Positions 30,401-40,848 of a stretch of DNA of 64,000 nt are shown here, in pieces. Under the pieces are notes generated by a model. The model had not been told where the DNA came from. It ran no database searches and saw only the letters and a program-made list of their open reading frames with translations. This DNA comes from a bacterium (GTDB lineage: Bacteria > SAR324 > NAC60-12), in NCBI GenBank assembly GCA_965209155.1, contig OZ242383.1, positions 3,456,001 to 3,520,000 on the forward strand, written 5' to 3'. The first letter of the stretch is position 1. Each line of letters opens with the position of its first letter. The translations under genes were made by a program, and so were the position numbers.

Positions 30401-30508
30401 ATATTGACGTTGCTCGTAACGGGGGTCTGTTCTGTCTTCTGCCCGGGTGTTCAAATATTGAGAGGGAAAAAGAAAGAACACCATCAATAAAATAAAAAGG
30501 GTTCTCAT
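27500..30508 (-). CDS. Insulinase/pitrilysin family (M16A) zinc peptidase, exported
   Basis: Signal peptide; GMAHFLEHMLFLG (HXXEH); ELRTHQQLGY. Confidence 0.92.
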   Translation of the reverse strand: MRTLFILLMVFFLFPSQYLNTRAEDRTDPRYEQRQYRRFVLPNSIKVILISDPTVHHGAASLSVAVGSLNDPDEHPGMAHFLEHMLFLGTEKYPEVGDDQKFLTSHDGFNNAFTADETTNYYFQVAGDHLEEALDRFAQFFIAPLFNPEFVTRELEVVESEYTQKKSSEHWRVLQVEASLFTPNHPAQKFRIGNLATLQNTSREDLLKFYNQYYSANLMTLAVLGKQNLDTLHEWVERYFSEIRNLQTSSPVIPQTFLKKSNQLRVVRIEPLKDTRSLKLTFPLPSVRHLYETKPTYALGHLIGHEGKGSLLSLLKKEGLATGLSAGATSRKSYGRFTVTVQLTPKGLEEYETVIKRVFQYIRLLRSTGFQVELFEELRQIAEIDYQFQEKTDGTDLVIGYASLLHYVPMPLVETAPFLYDRYDPHHFDSILYRLTPENMLVTLVAKGLKTDQIEPYFGAGYSYTEDSPGFIRELKKINPHMELQLPEKNIFIPENLDLIPSTTQFTLSYQSMVGLKKEKIPQSILDVLQTNQGIYWSSWQEFQKQLFPHQLQDIQPYQKLIFKHAQARPEKILDNEQAEIWFQQDLRFHTPKAELILLINTPLVYQSPRFAVLSQLYSNAINEGLNEFGYAALIAGLDFEFSTSKEGITVNVSGYSDRILALSGLLLSKLQEITIDEATFQSLKERRLRLYQNFQFNQAYHQAFYARSLLMEEKKFSVDQYQEIIRDISLEDLKAHAKSLYRNYFVQGVVYGNLEKEKVRQALQEMLQNLDGEPLTEDQLFKNTIVQINNSQDYIYSKKVKVDNSALLFGIQAGEMNPRLRGAMLIIANALRSWAYTELRTHQQLGYTVFGDVSWMEKTMGWMLVVQSDKYPPGTLQERVEAYIPKFIDQFKKIPDTEFETYRQSVINSQLDKSTTIAEEANFLFYQAFEKNAEFDYISDYIKAIEELTREEVMAILDDTLSLEKNPYLAIRMIGQSHTDIQGTGVVVQSFAQFKESQRNP

Positions 30509-30792
30509 GGTGCTTATTAGTTTGAAGGTTAGAGTACTTCTGTGAATTATTCTCCAGGGTGGTTAAAATAGAATGCTATGATTTTTATTTTATGCGTCTT
30601 TGCTTTTTTGTCAAGTATCGTTTGAAGGAGTACGACTTGAAAATTGAAAGACTGCATGTAAGGGTTCATCAGGTTGCCATCCCGGGTGTCATCTCGACCA
30701 CAGGAAGCAATCTCCATGATTCCCCGGTATGTGAGATGATGTCTGGGGATTCAACTCAATGAACCAGTAAACAGAAGCATTTGGAGATGCGT

Positions 30793-32145
30793 ATGAGTTC
30801 CGTAAAAGTGAGAGATTCGGTGGTTGCCCTCTTTACTTGTCAAAATCGTATATTTGTCATCCAAAGACAATCTTATTTAACAGTTTTTCCAGGTTACCAT
30901 TCATTTCCGGGAGGCAAAGTAGACCAGGAAGATTCGGATCAACCCTTTGAAATTCCGTTTCTTAGAAATCATAATGCCAGGTTGATGCATGCTCTTTGTC
31001 GTGAAATTGAAGAAGAATTGAACTTTGATTTAGTAGCCGCCATTTTAAAGGGTGAGGTGGAGCGTATTTCAAAATTCGGGTTCGCCATCACTCCCACATT
31101 CAATCCTATTCGCTTCCATGCCCGCTTTTTCAGAATTGAACTTGCATCCGAGATAGAGTTCAAGGCGGACAGTAACGAAACGGCATGGGCTGGTTGGCTC
31201 TCCGTACAGGAATTTATGAAAGAGTACCATCAGGGACAGATTCTGGCTGCTGTTCCTACTTTGCTTGTCATGGAGAGGTTCGCTGAAAATACGAATGTCA
31301 ATAATGCCCAACTACACTTGAGTTATGATCCGCAATATGAAGTACCCAGCATGCAACCCGTCTATCAGGTGTTGCAGATGCCAGTTCTATCTAATACCCT
31401 CCCACCTGCAGAAAGCACGAATGCTTTCATCCTGGGCGATGAAAGATGCGAGCGCTTCCTGATTGATCCTTCCCCGGCAACTACTAACGAATTGACTCGT
31501 TTGATCCATGTGGTCCGTTCCCTTCACATTACAGGCGTTTTTTTAACTCATCATCACAGGGATCACCATCAATATTCCAACAAATTGGCTCAAGAATTTA
31601 AAGTTCCAATGCGAATGAGTCGTGATTCCTACGAACGGATCTGCAAAAAATTTGGTGCTGACTATTTTGAGCAAATTAAAATCGAATTTGCTCGGGAAGG
31701 GGACGTGCTCACCAAATGGCTGGGTAAAAACATTCGAATATTCGAGATTCCCGGGCATGACGAAGGGCAATTGGGTTTAGCTCCAACGACAATGGAGTGG
31801 TTTCTGGTTGGAGATTTGATACAAGGTATCGGAACTGTCGTCATTGCCGCCCCGGAGGGAAATATGAAAAAATATTTCGCATCTTTGGAACGGGTTATCG
31901 CCTTGAATCCCAAAATCATCATTCCCTCCCATGGCATGCCTCTGAAAAGCACACTGTACCTCAAAAAGACTCTGGAGCACCGCCTGATGCGGGAAAGTCA
32001 GATTTTGAAACTCTACCAAGAGGGTAAATCAAAAGATGAGATGTTATCGGAACTTTATCCGGATATCGACCCAAGACTCCTTCAGGCAGCTTTTCATAAT
32101 ATCGAATCCCACCTGATTAAACTGCAAGAAGACCGTTTGATTTAA
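30793..32145 (+). CDS. NUDIX + metallo-beta-lactamase fold fusion hydrolase
   Basis: FPGGKVD...REIEEEL Nudix box with insertion; THHHRDHH, PGHD, GDL, PSHG MBL motifs; C-terminal winged-helix-like SHLIKL. Confidence 0.85.
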   Translation: MSSVKVRDSVVALFTCQNRIFVIQRQSYLTVFPGYHSFPGGKVDQEDSDQPFEIPFLRNHNARLMHALCREIEEELNFDLVAAILKGEVERISKFGFAITPTFNPIRFHARFFRIELASEIEFKADSNETAWAGWLSVQEFMKEYHQGQILAAVPTLLVMERFAENTNVNNAQLHLSYDPQYEVPSMQPVYQVLQMPVLSNTLPPAESTNAFILGDERCERFLIDPSPATTNELTRLIHVVRSLHITGVFLTHHHRDHHQYSNKLAQEFKVPMRMSRDSYERICKKFGADYFEQIKIEFAREGDVLTKWLGKNIRIFEIPGHDEGQLGLAPTTMEWFLVGDLIQGIGTVVIAAPEGNMKKYFASLERVIALNPKIIIPSHGMPLKSTLYLKKTLEHRLMRESQILKLYQEGKSKDEMLSELYPDIDPRLLQAAFHNIESHLIKLQEDRLI

Positions 32146-32156
32146 TGGGAAAAGTA

Positions 32157-32768
32157 TTAAAGCACATCGGAACTTTGTAGTATCGCAATTCCTGCCGATC
32201 TCATTTCGTCCAATGCTTTATCCACATCACCTGGGTTGAGATTGACTCCGCGCGTGGCATCTATGATAACATGAGTTTGATATCCTAATGCTTGGGCATC
32301 CAATGCTGTGAACTTGACGCAATAATCCGTCGCCAATCCCACTACAAATACATCTGAGACGTCTTTTTCCTTCAAATAAGAATCCAACCCGGTGGCACTT
32401 TGGTGATCGTTGTCAAAAAATCCACTGTAGCTGTCCACGGATTGCTTCATCCCTTTTTGACACACCCAAGCAATTTTTTCTTTGTTCAATCCTGAGATAA
32501 AAGCCGCTCCTTCCGAGCCCTGAACACAATGCGCAGGCCACAATATTTGTTCAATACCATGGAGAATGATGACTTCGCCGGGAATTTTATCATGATGGAT
32601 TGCAAAACTCTCGTGGTCGGCGGGATGCCAGTCCTGCGTTGCCACGACTAAGTCAAATCCGGATTGTATTTGGTTGATCAAAGGAATGATTTGATCCCCA
32701 TCCGGAACCGGCAAGGCGCCGCTGGGGGTGAAATCGTTTTGCAAATCTACTAGAATCAATGCCTGCAT
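32157..32768 (-). CDS. pncA: Nicotinamidase/pyrazinamidase
   Basis: VDLQNDF, TQDWHPADH, WPAHCVQGS, DSYSGF, GLATDYCV. Confidence 0.96.
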   Translation of the reverse strand: MQALILVDLQNDFTPSGALPVPDGDQIIPLINQIQSGFDLVVATQDWHPADHESFAIHHDKIPGEVIILHGIEQILWPAHCVQGSEGAAFISGLNKEKIAWVCQKGMKQSVDSYSGFFDNDHQSATGLDSYLKEKDVSDVFVVGLATDYCVKFTALDAQALGYQTHVIIDATRGVNLNPGDVDKALDEMRSAGIAILQSSDVL

Positions 32769-32786
32769 ATGCTTTTTTTCTGGAGT

Positions 32787-34259
32787 TCAATGCCGAATAC
32801 CGTTGCCCCGTATCCGAAGAATCAGTTGGGTCTTCAAATCAAAAAGGGATTTTTCAATTCCCACCGGATATTGATGGGGATTGACGAATCGCGCAATACC
32901 GGGATGAAACTGACGTAATCCTTGCTGAGCCTTCTCTCTGATGTCTTGAATGCCAGGCATAGTATACACTTTTTTACCTTTTTTGAAAATCGGAATCAAA
33001 AGATCTTCGGATTGCATACCTGCCTGAATTTTGCTCTGTCGGGTCATATCCAAGGGGTCAACGATCGTGCATCCGTGGTTCAGGTTTGTTTGGATGTCGT
33101 ATATTACATCGGCTCTGTTTTCTTGATTCTTACGGTATCGTCGCACTTGTTGGATGCCGGGGGTGGTCACTTTCACAGCTTGTTCTGAGATTTTAACGCG
33201 ATGTTCCCATGCCTGACCGGGTTCTCGAGTTGCCGCAAGTTTATAGACCCCGTCCAAGGCGGGCTGGTCATAGGCAGTAGCCAGCTTCGTACCGACACCC
33301 CACATATCGATTTTTGCGTTTTGGCTCTTTAAGCTGGAAATGATGGTTTCGTCCAATTCATTGCTGACGACAATTTTTGTGTCATTAAAACCGTTTTCAT
33401 CCAGCATCTTCCTCGCTTCGATGCTCAGGTACGCCAAGTCTCCGGAATCCAGCCGGATGCCCATCAGGGGAAATCCATGAGACTTCAGCCAGTGTCCGGT
33501 TTTAATTGCATTCTTCACTCCTTGCAAAGAAGAGTATGTATCAACAATCAGTACGCAATTATTGGGCAAGGCTTCCGCATAAGTCTGGAATGCTTCAACT
33601 TCTCTTTTGAAGCTCATCACCCAACTATGGGCAATTGTACCCGCAACTGGAATGCCATATTTTTTACCTGCCAATACGTTGGAGGTCCCTGAGCAACCTC
33701 CGATAAATGAGGCACGACTGACCGTTAAACCACCGTCTATCCCTTGAGCCCGTCTCAATCCGAATTCCATAACCGGGTCACCCTTTGCAGCCAGACAGAT
33801 ACGTGCTGCTTTAGTGGCAATTAAAGTCTGAAAATTAATAATATTGAGTAAAATGGTTTCCAGAATCTGGCATTGCACGAGAGGTCCTTGCACGCGAACC
33901 AGGGGTTCGTAAGGAAAAACAACCGTTCCCTCGGGAATGGCATCGACATCACATTGGAAACGCAGGAATTTCAAATAGTTCAAAAAATCTTTTTGAAACA
34001 AGGCTTTCTCATCAACGCCTTTCAAAGAGGCTAAATAGTCGAAATCCTCCTTTTCAAAGCGTATATTTTCCAGAAATTCGATAACATTTTCTAAACCACA
34101 AACAATACCGAATCCGCCTTTGAAAGGAAGAGTTCTGAAAAATAAGTGGAAAACACTTTCTTTGGAAGCAATACCACTTTTCCAATAGCCATAAGCCATA
34201 GTCAGTTGATAGAGATCTGTCAGTAAAATAGAATAGGGAGAATATGGGGGAGTTGACAT
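32787..34259 (-). CDS. pncB: Nicotinate phosphoribosyltransferase
   Basis: LLTDLYQLTM, EFGLRRAQG, GTIAHSW, IRLDSGD, GVGTKL. Confidence 0.96.
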   Translation of the reverse strand: MSTPPYSPYSILLTDLYQLTMAYGYWKSGIASKESVFHLFFRTLPFKGGFGIVCGLENVIEFLENIRFEKEDFDYLASLKGVDEKALFQKDFLNYLKFLRFQCDVDAIPEGTVVFPYEPLVRVQGPLVQCQILETILLNIINFQTLIATKAARICLAAKGDPVMEFGLRRAQGIDGGLTVSRASFIGGCSGTSNVLAGKKYGIPVAGTIAHSWVMSFKREVEAFQTYAEALPNNCVLIVDTYSSLQGVKNAIKTGHWLKSHGFPLMGIRLDSGDLAYLSIEARKMLDENGFNDTKIVVSNELDETIISSLKSQNAKIDMWGVGTKLATAYDQPALDGVYKLAATREPGQAWEHRVKISEQAVKVTTPGIQQVRRYRKNQENRADVIYDIQTNLNHGCTIVDPLDMTRQSKIQAGMQSEDLLIPIFKKGKKVYTMPGIQDIREKAQQGLRQFHPGIARFVNPHQYPVGIEKSLFDLKTQLILRIRGNGIRH

Positions 34260-34320
34260 TACATTTTCTCAGGTCGAATGAGCACCATGGGATTGAATCT
34301 ATTGAAAAACAAGGAGAACC

Positions 34321-35778
34321 TCAAACTCGTTTCCAAAAGGAAGGATAAAACAGGATAATCACCGCAAATATTTCCAGTCTCCCCGCCAACATAGTGAATG
34401 AAAGGAACCATTTCCCCATCATGGAAATTTCGTTCAAATTTTTGCCAGGTCCCACCTCTCCAAAACCTGCACCAACATTCATAATTGTCGAAATAACGGC
34501 ACATATCGAATCGAAGTACCGCATACCTTCCAAATATGACAGTAAACCGCCCCCTACCATGATCCAGAGGATGTTGATAACAAAAAAACTGAGGACCAAT
34601 TCCACGACTTTCATATCGAGTGAGCGCCTATCGATACGGATTGGTCTCACTTCCAACGGCTGCATCATTTTTCTAATCGTCGCATGCAAATATTTCAAGA
34701 TAATCACATAATGAATGATTTTGATTCCACTGGTTGTCGAGCCTGATGAAGCACCTACGAACAAGGTGATAAAGAGGAACATTTGGGCCGAGTGAGGCCA
34801 CAACTCGTAGTTTACTGTCGTGAACCCGGTCGTCGTAAGCAAAGAAATGACTTGAAATGTCCCGTGACGGAGTGCATCTGTCAGAGAATATGCATTTTCC
34901 TGCCACAATGCCAAAGAAACGATGGCACAAAAAAACAATGTAATGCCCGTGTACCAACGAATCTCCGTATTGATTTTCACGGCCTGCCAATCCTTTTTTA
35001 GTATTTGAGTGTACAAAATAAAACTCGTTCCCCCCAGAAACATAAAGACAATGGTCACCCAATCGATATATGCACTGTCGTAGTATCCCAAACTTTTTTC
35101 GTGCAGCGTGTAACCGGCGGTTGCCACAGTGCCAAAGGCATGGCACAACACATTAAAAAAAGGCATCCCACCTCCCCAAAGCAACAAAACATTCAAAAAA
35201 ACTATTCCCGAATAAATTAAGCAAAGCCGGACTGCCATATTTTTCATCCGAAAATGGAATTTTTTCTGAGTGATGACTTGTCCCGGGTCTACTTCTGATG
35301 AATAAAATACCATTCCTCCAGATGACATTACCGGTAAGATAAAAATGGCAATCAAAAGAATTCCCATCCCTCCCAAAAAATGGCTGAAACTCCTCCAAAA
35401 AAGCAGACCACGCGGAAGGGATTCGATCTCTGTTAAAGTTGTCACTCCGGTCGTGGTGAAACCGGACATCATTTCAAAAAAGGCGTTAGTAAACGAGGGA
35501 ATGGAGCCATCGAACATAAAAGGGAGAGAGGAAATGATACAGACCAGAATCCATCCCAAGGAAATGATGATGAATCCATCCTTCACGCTCAATGCGGATT
35601 GCCTGCGAAAAAAACGACAGAAGAGTAACCCGAAAATGATGGCAATCACTGCGGAGATAAAGATTGACGAAGCGTCTCCATCACCATAGATCAAAGCAAC
35701 CAAAAAAGGAAAAACCATCATGCATCCTGTGAAGACGCTCAAGATCGCCAAACCGTTTATTATTGCAGCAAAATTCAT
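34321..35778 (-). CDS. trkH: TrkH family potassium uptake membrane protein
   Basis: FEMMSGFTTTG, TVATAG, TTTGF, GSTTSGIK, NVGAG pore motifs; MLAGRLE. Confidence 0.92.
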   Translation of the reverse strand: MNFAAIINGLAILSVFTGCMMVFPFLVALIYGDGDASSIFISAVIAIIFGLLFCRFFRRQSALSVKDGFIIISLGWILVCIISSLPFMFDGSIPSFTNAFFEMMSGFTTTGVTTLTEIESLPRGLLFWRSFSHFLGGMGILLIAIFILPVMSSGGMVFYSSEVDPGQVITQKKFHFRMKNMAVRLCLIYSGIVFLNVLLLWGGGMPFFNVLCHAFGTVATAGYTLHEKSLGYYDSAYIDWVTIVFMFLGGTSFILYTQILKKDWQAVKINTEIRWYTGITLFFCAIVSLALWQENAYSLTDALRHGTFQVISLLTTTGFTTVNYELWPHSAQMFLFITLFVGASSGSTTSGIKIIHYVIILKYLHATIRKMMQPLEVRPIRIDRRSLDMKVVELVLSFFVINILWIMVGGGLLSYLEGMRYFDSICAVISTIMNVGAGFGEVGPGKNLNEISMMGKWFLSFTMLAGRLEIFAVIILFYPSFWKRV

Positions 35779-36068
35779 TGAAATATTATTTCCGAATCAA
35801 CCAGGTCAGGAATGACCAACCAGGGGAACGTTCCTTTTTATATTCCATTGCAGTAAAGCCCTTATGAAAGGCTTTTTTATTGGAATCATATTCCTGTTTT
35901 TCACACAAGTTTTTTAGTCTTTCAGAATGGGAAGCGAATTTCTCGGGAAGGGTTTGATTTGAGCGATGATTTTTTATATCAAAGGATAATGTGTTAAACT
36001 GAACATCTCATCTTTTTCTTGCTGAGGAACAGTTGAAGCACTCTTAGAAATTTCTTTTGCAGCGTCAG

Positions 36069-36135
36069 TGTCATGCCGGACTTGATCCGGTATCCGGAAA
36101 GTCACACAGATTCCGAATCTTTGCCCGGAAGGACA
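36069..36135. repeat. Stand-alone REP-type palindrome
   Basis: TGTCATGCCGGACTTGATCCGGTATCC...CCGGAAGGACA; same family as the palindromes inside the MITEs at 13.9 and 22.6 kb. Confidence 0.65.
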
Positions 36136-36212
36136 ACCCTTTCGATTGTCGAACGTGCATCACAGTAAACGTATTATCGTCGTGCTGTATTCTTACTTTC
36201 AGGAAATGCAGA

Positions 36213-36857
36213 ATGAAACTGAAAAAATCAGCGTTGATTATTTGTAATGGAGCCCCACCTGCCAGAGCGTTGATGCAGCAGTTGTGGCGACAGGTAGAAA
36301 TAAAGATTTGTGCTGATGGCGGGGCTAATCATGCGATCGCGCACGGATTCCAACCAGATGTCGTGGTGGGAGACATGGATTCGATTCTACCTGAAACCCG
36401 GCAGCAACTTGCCCCCGAACAATTGATTCATATTGCGGATCAAAGCACCAATGATGGGGATAAAGCTTTGGCTTATTGCGTGATGCGTCAAATACGAGAA
36501 GTATACCTCTTAGGGGCGACTGGAAGGCGAAGTGATCAATTTTTAGCCAATATCGAGCTGCTCTATAAATACGACTCTCGTCTTAAAATTATTTTACGAA
36601 CAGAATTCGAACAGATTGAAGTGATTGCCGGTAAATGGCAGGGAAATTTCCCTCTCGGTTCCACCCTGTCGTTACATCCTTTATTTGGCGCCGTTCATGG
36701 AATCGCAACTACCGGTTTGGCTTGGCCTTTGAAACAACAAACATTGGAAATGGGAAGAGGTCCCATGGGTGTCTCAAACAAAACTACAGAATCTACTGTC
36801 CATATTACTCTAAGGGAAGGAAAACTTTTATTAATTGCGCAGGTCTCCTGCTCTTAA
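36213..36857 (+). CDS. thiN: Thiamine diphosphokinase
   Basis: CADGGANH, VGDMDS, DQSTNDGDKAL, GATGRRSD, GVSN. Confidence 0.92.
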   Translation: MKLKKSALIICNGAPPARALMQQLWRQVEIKICADGGANHAIAHGFQPDVVVGDMDSILPETRQQLAPEQLIHIADQSTNDGDKALAYCVMRQIREVYLLGATGRRSDQFLANIELLYKYDSRLKIILRTEFEQIEVIAGKWQGNFPLGSTLSLHPLFGAVHGIATTGLAWPLKQQTLEMGRGPMGVSNKTTESTVHITLREGKLLLIAQVSCS

Positions 36858-36886
36858 TCTGATTTTTTTTAAAAAAGAGAAATTAC

Positions 36887-36914
36887 TTGACAGAATTTTT
36901 TCCAATAATATAAT
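36887..36914 (+). promoter_or_regulatory. Sigma70 promoter of the hrcA operon
   Basis: TTGACA (36887-92), 16-bp spacer, TATAAT (36909-14). Confidence 0.85.
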
Positions 36915-36940
36915 TAGCACTCATAGCAAGCGAGTGCTAA
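36914..36940. promoter_or_regulatory. CIRCE element (HrcA operator)
   Basis: Perfect TTAGCACTC-N9-GAGTGCTAA directly upstream of hrcA. Confidence 0.98.
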
Positions 36941-36955
36941 TACTACAGAGAGAAG

Positions 36956-38080
36956 ATGGAAAACGAAAAAAGCAGTCGCAAGATTGGTGAGAGAGGGGAT
37001 TCTATGAAAAATTCAGGACAAATCTCGCAGCAAAGTTTGCCGGAAATAGACGATCGAACCCAAAAAGTTTTAATGGGGATCATTGACAGCTATATTCAGC
37101 ACACCGAACCTGTAGGTTCACGCACGCTATCCAAGACACTGGATGTTGAATTATCACCGGCAACCATTCGTAACATCATGGTCGATTTATCAGATATGGG
37201 TTATTTGAAACAAACCCACACATCGGCCGGCCGGATTCCAACAGATAAAGCGTATCGATTTTATGTAGATTCGTTGGTGGTCGCCAATAATCTACCTAAA
37301 AGTATACAGACGAAGCTCAATGAAGTTTCCAGCCACAGTGGCCCTCAAGTGGAGCAGTTGTTAGTCAACACCACACGGGTTTTAGCGAATTTGACGGAAT
37401 TTATTTGTGTGGTCTCTGCTCCGAAAGCGGAAGCAAGTCTCCTTCAACGTATCGAATTCATCAAGGTCAACTCCCGTGAAATTCTAGTCATTCTGATCAC
37501 CAAATCGGGTTTGGTTCGCAATAAAATCATCGAATCAACCGAAGGATTGTCACAAGGATTTCTCAATTCAGTGGCGCAATTCCTCAATGAACAATTTCAA
37601 AACTCATCACTGCTGGAGATCCGCAACAAAATCCTGGAAAGCATGTTGGAGGATAAGGAACGATACGACACTTTGCTGGCTCAGGCGGTACGCTTAGGTA
37701 AAAAGGCATTTGAACTCGACACGCCGCCAGAGTTATATATGGAAGGACAAATTGATTTGCTGATGAACACGAAATTCAAGAAGCAAGAGACCATCAAGAT
37801 TCTCCTGGAGGCTTTTGAGGAAAAAAATACCATCATGGAAATCGTCGACAACACGCTGGCAGCCGACCGGATTCAGATTTTTATCGGGGTGGAAAACAAA
37901 TACCAGGGATTGCAGGAATATTCAATGATTACTGCAGGGTATGGTTTAAAAAATAATGTTTTAGGGATGGTAGGGGTGGTCGGCCCAACCAGTATGGACT
38001 ATCAGCGCATCATCCCTGTCGTCGACTATACTGCAAAAATCATATCAGCATCCCTTTCAGAACACGCCCAAATTGAATAA
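36956..38080 (+). CDS. hrcA: Heat-inducible transcription repressor HrcA
   Basis: EPVGSRTL, SPATIRN, HTSAGRIPTDKAYRFYVD, VGPTSMDY. Alternative start at 37004 with a GAGGGG RBS. Confidence 0.96.
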   Translation: MENEKSSRKIGERGDSMKNSGQISQQSLPEIDDRTQKVLMGIIDSYIQHTEPVGSRTLSKTLDVELSPATIRNIMVDLSDMGYLKQTHTSAGRIPTDKAYRFYVDSLVVANNLPKSIQTKLNEVSSHSGPQVEQLLVNTTRVLANLTEFICVVSAPKAEASLLQRIEFIKVNSREILVILITKSGLVRNKIIESTEGLSQGFLNSVAQFLNEQFQNSSLLEIRNKILESMLEDKERYDTLLAQAVRLGKKAFELDTPPELYMEGQIDLLMNTKFKKQETIKILLEAFEEKNTIMEIVDNTLAADRIQIFIGVENKYQGLQEYSMITAGYGLKNNVLGMVGVVGPTSMDYQRIIPVVDYTAKIISASLSEHAQIE

Positions 38081-38126
38081 CTAATATAACCTGCAAAAAG
38101 CAGTCATTCAACAATGTGTTAAATTT

Positions 38127-38879
38127 ATGGCAAGTGAAAATCGTAAAGACGTTAAGGAAAAAACTCTAAATATGTCGGAAGTTTCAGCAAACAATTTATC
38201 TTCAACAGAAAGTTCTCTCGAAGAGAAATCTCCAAGCGAAGAAAACGACAATTCGGAATCTCAGGATGAGAAACAAGCGGATCAACAAAAAGATTCTGAT
38301 GCAAATGGAACGGAAGCGCAAAAAGAGACTGGTGAAACAATTGCGGCCGAATCAGCCAAAGTTGACGAAATACCTTCGGAAGTCAAAACGAAGGAAGAGC
38401 TGAAGCAGGCTCAGCAACAAATTGAATCACTAAAAGATCGTTTGTTACGCACAAACGCAGAATTCGAAAATTTCAAGAAACGTACGGCTAAAGAGAATGT
38501 GGAACGATTTAAATATTACCACCTGGGATTGGTAAAAGAATTACTGCCGGCTTTGGACAGTTTGGAAAGGGCCATAGAGCATGGAAAAGAAGAAAATACA
38601 ACTGTTGAAGTAATGCTGGAAGGCATTCAGATGGTTCTTAAGCTTATTCAAGAAGCACTTAAGAAATTTTCAGTGTCTGAAATAAGTGCAATAGGAGAAC
38701 CATTTGATCCTACTGTTCATCAAGCAGTAGGGACGGTTGAATCAGACACGGTTCCGAAAGATCACGTAGTCGATCAATTCCAGGTTGGATATCTGCTCCA
38801 TGACCGAGTGATTCGACCTGCGATGGTTCGTGTTTCAAAAAATAATATTAATGGAGGCGCCGAACATGACGCCGAGTGA
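38127..38879 (+). CDS. grpE: Nucleotide exchange factor GrpE
   Basis: LRTNAEFENFKKR, FDPTVHQAV, GYLLHDRVIRPAMV. Confidence 0.96.
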   Translation: MASENRKDVKEKTLNMSEVSANNLSSTESSLEEKSPSEENDNSESQDEKQADQQKDSDANGTEAQKETGETIAAESAKVDEIPSEVKTKEELKQAQQQIESLKDRLLRTNAEFENFKKRTAKENVERFKYYHLGLVKELLPALDSLERAIEHGKEENTTVEVMLEGIQMVLKLIQEALKKFSVSEISAIGEPFDPTVHQAVGTVESDTVPKDHVVDQFQVGYLLHDRVIRPAMVRVSKNNINGGAEHDAE

Positions 38880-38899
38880 AATAAGATAAGGAGCGATAT

Positions 38900-40825
38900 A
38901 TGGGAAAAGTTATTGGAATTGATTTAGGAACGACGAACTCTTGCGTGGCTGTTATGGAAGGGGGTGATCCCAAAGTCATTCAGAATGCCGAAGGAACACG
39001 CACCACTCCATCCATGATTGCATTCAATGATTCCGGTGAACGCCTCAGTGGTCAAATTGCCAAACGACAAGCGGTCACCAATCCCAGCCGAACTATATTT
39101 TCTATCAAACGATTGATGGGGCAAAAAATGGCGGCTGAAGAAGTAAAACGTCTGGAAGCAGTGGCTCCGTATAAAGTGACGGAAGGGGCTTCCAGTCTCG
39201 CTTATGTGGAAATCGACGGGAAAAAATACTCACCTCCCGAAATTTCCGGCTTCGTCCTGCAAAAAATGAAACAGACAGCAGAGGACTATTTGGGAGAAGA
39301 AGTGACGGATGCCGTCGTTACGGTACCTGCATATTTCAATGACAGTCAGCGACAGGCCACCAAAGATGCAGGTAAAATTGCGGGATTGAATGTTCTGAGG
39401 ATTATCAACGAACCCACTGCTGCTTCACTCGCATATGGCCTGGACAAGAAAAGCGATGAAAAAATCGCAGTTTTTGATTTGGGAGGAGGAACGTTTGATA
39501 TTTCCATTCTTGAAATTGGAGATGGGGTCTTTGAAGTGAAAGCAACCAATGGAGACACCTTTTTAGGAGGTGATGACTTTGACAACCGTTTGATCAATTT
39601 CCTTGCAGACGAATTCAAAAAAGAACAAGGGATTGATCTGAGACAAGACAAAATGGCACTTCAACGATTGAAAGAAGCAGCTGAAAAAGCCAAGCACGAA
39701 CTCTCATCCAGTATGGAAACGGATGTCAATCTACCCTTTATCACTGCCGATGCTGCAGGTCCGAAACATTTAAACCTCAAAATCTCCCGTGCCAGGTTTG
39801 AACAGTTGGTCGAAGAATTGACGCAACGTTGCCTGGAACCTTGTAAAAAAGCCTTGCAAGATGCGAAATGCACAGCCAGTGATATCGATGAAGTGATCCT
39901 GGTTGGAGGGATGACCCGCATGCCACGTATACAGACAATAGTCAAAGACTTCTTTGGCAAGGAACCTCATAAAGGAGTCAATCCGGATGAAGTGGTTGCC
40001 ATTGGCGCTGCCATTCAAGGCGGGGTTCTCAGGGGAGACGTGAAAGACGTCTTGTTGTTGGACGTGACACCGCTTTCCCTTGGAATTGAAACCCTGGGGG
40101 GGGTGATGACTAAACTTATTGAACGCAACACGACCATTCCTACCCGTAAAAGCCAGACTTTTTCCACTGCGGCAGACAATCAGCCTGCAGTGAGTATTCA
40201 CGTATTGCAGGGAGAGCGTGAAATGGCTGTTGGTAATAAGACCCTCGGACGATTTGAATTGGTCGGGATCCCTCCGGCGCCTCGAGGAGTCCCCCAGATT
40301 GAAGTCACCTTCGACATCGATGCAAACGGTATCGTACATGTCAATGCTAAAGACCTGGGAACTGGTAAAGAACAACAAATCAAAATCACCACTTCCAGTG
40401 GGCTTTCAGAAGAAGAAGTCGAAAAAATGGTTCGAGAAGCCGAGCAATATGCGGAAGATGATAAAAAGCAACGTGAAAAGGTTGAAACGAACAATGAAGC
40501 GGAATCGTTGATCTACAATACGGAAAAATCTCTCAGTGAAGTGGGCGATAAAATTACGCAGGAGGACAAAGCTAAAATCCAGGCCGCCATAGAACAATTG
40601 AAAAAAGATGTGGAAGGAGGGAATCTGGACTCCATCAAAGCCAGCATCACTTCCCTGGCGGAAGCCTCTCATAAATTAGCGGAGGTCCTCTATGCCCAAT
40701 CTGCCCAACAACAAGCGGACGCGAGTCAGGAAACGACTTCGACTGAGAGTTCCCCTGGTTCTGAGAAGCGGGATGATGACGACAATGTGGTTGATGCCGA
40801 CTTTGAGGAAATCAAGAAAGACTAA
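38900..40825 (+). CDS. dnaK: Chaperone DnaK
   Basis: [31 protein letters not shown]. Confidence 0.99.
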   Translation: MGKVIGIDLGTTNSCVAVMEGGDPKVIQNAEGTRTTPSMIAFNDSGERLSGQIAKRQAVTNPSRTIFSIKRLMGQKMAAEEVKRLEAVAPYKVTEGASSLAYVEIDGKKYSPPEISGFVLQKMKQTAEDYLGEEVTDAVVTVPAYFNDSQRQATKDAGKIAGLNVLRIINEPTAASLAYGLDKKSDEKIAVFDLGGGTFDISILEIGDGVFEVKATNGDTFLGGDDFDNRLINFLADEFKKEQGIDLRQDKMALQRLKEAAEKAKHELSSSMETDVNLPFITADAAGPKHLNLKISRARFEQLVEELTQRCLEPCKKALQDAKCTASDIDEVILVGGMTRMPRIQTIVKDFFGKEPHKGVNPDEVVAIGAAIQGGVLRGDVKDVLLLDVTPLSLGIETLGGVMTKLIERNTTIPTRKSQTFSTAADNQPAVSIHVLQGEREMAVGNKTLGRFELVGIPPAPRGVPQIEVTFDIDANGIVHVNAKDLGTGKEQQIKITTSSGLSEEEVEKMVREAEQYAEDDKKQREKVETNNEAESLIYNTEKSLSEVGDKITQEDKAKIQAAIEQLKKDVEGGNLDSIKASITSLAEASHKLAEVLYAQSAQQQADASQETTSTESSPGSEKRDDDDNVVDADFEEIKKD

Positions 40826-40848
40826 CAAATCAGTAAGAGAGAAGTCCT

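Noticed and set aside
35780..35900. Riboswitch upstream of trkH
   Set aside because: Only a simple hairpin (AAAGCCCTT..AAAGGCTTT) is present; no recognisable c-di-AMP or other aptamer consensus.
36057..36212. N-terminal extension of ThiN
   Set aside because: Reads through a REP palindrome; the likely start is 36213.
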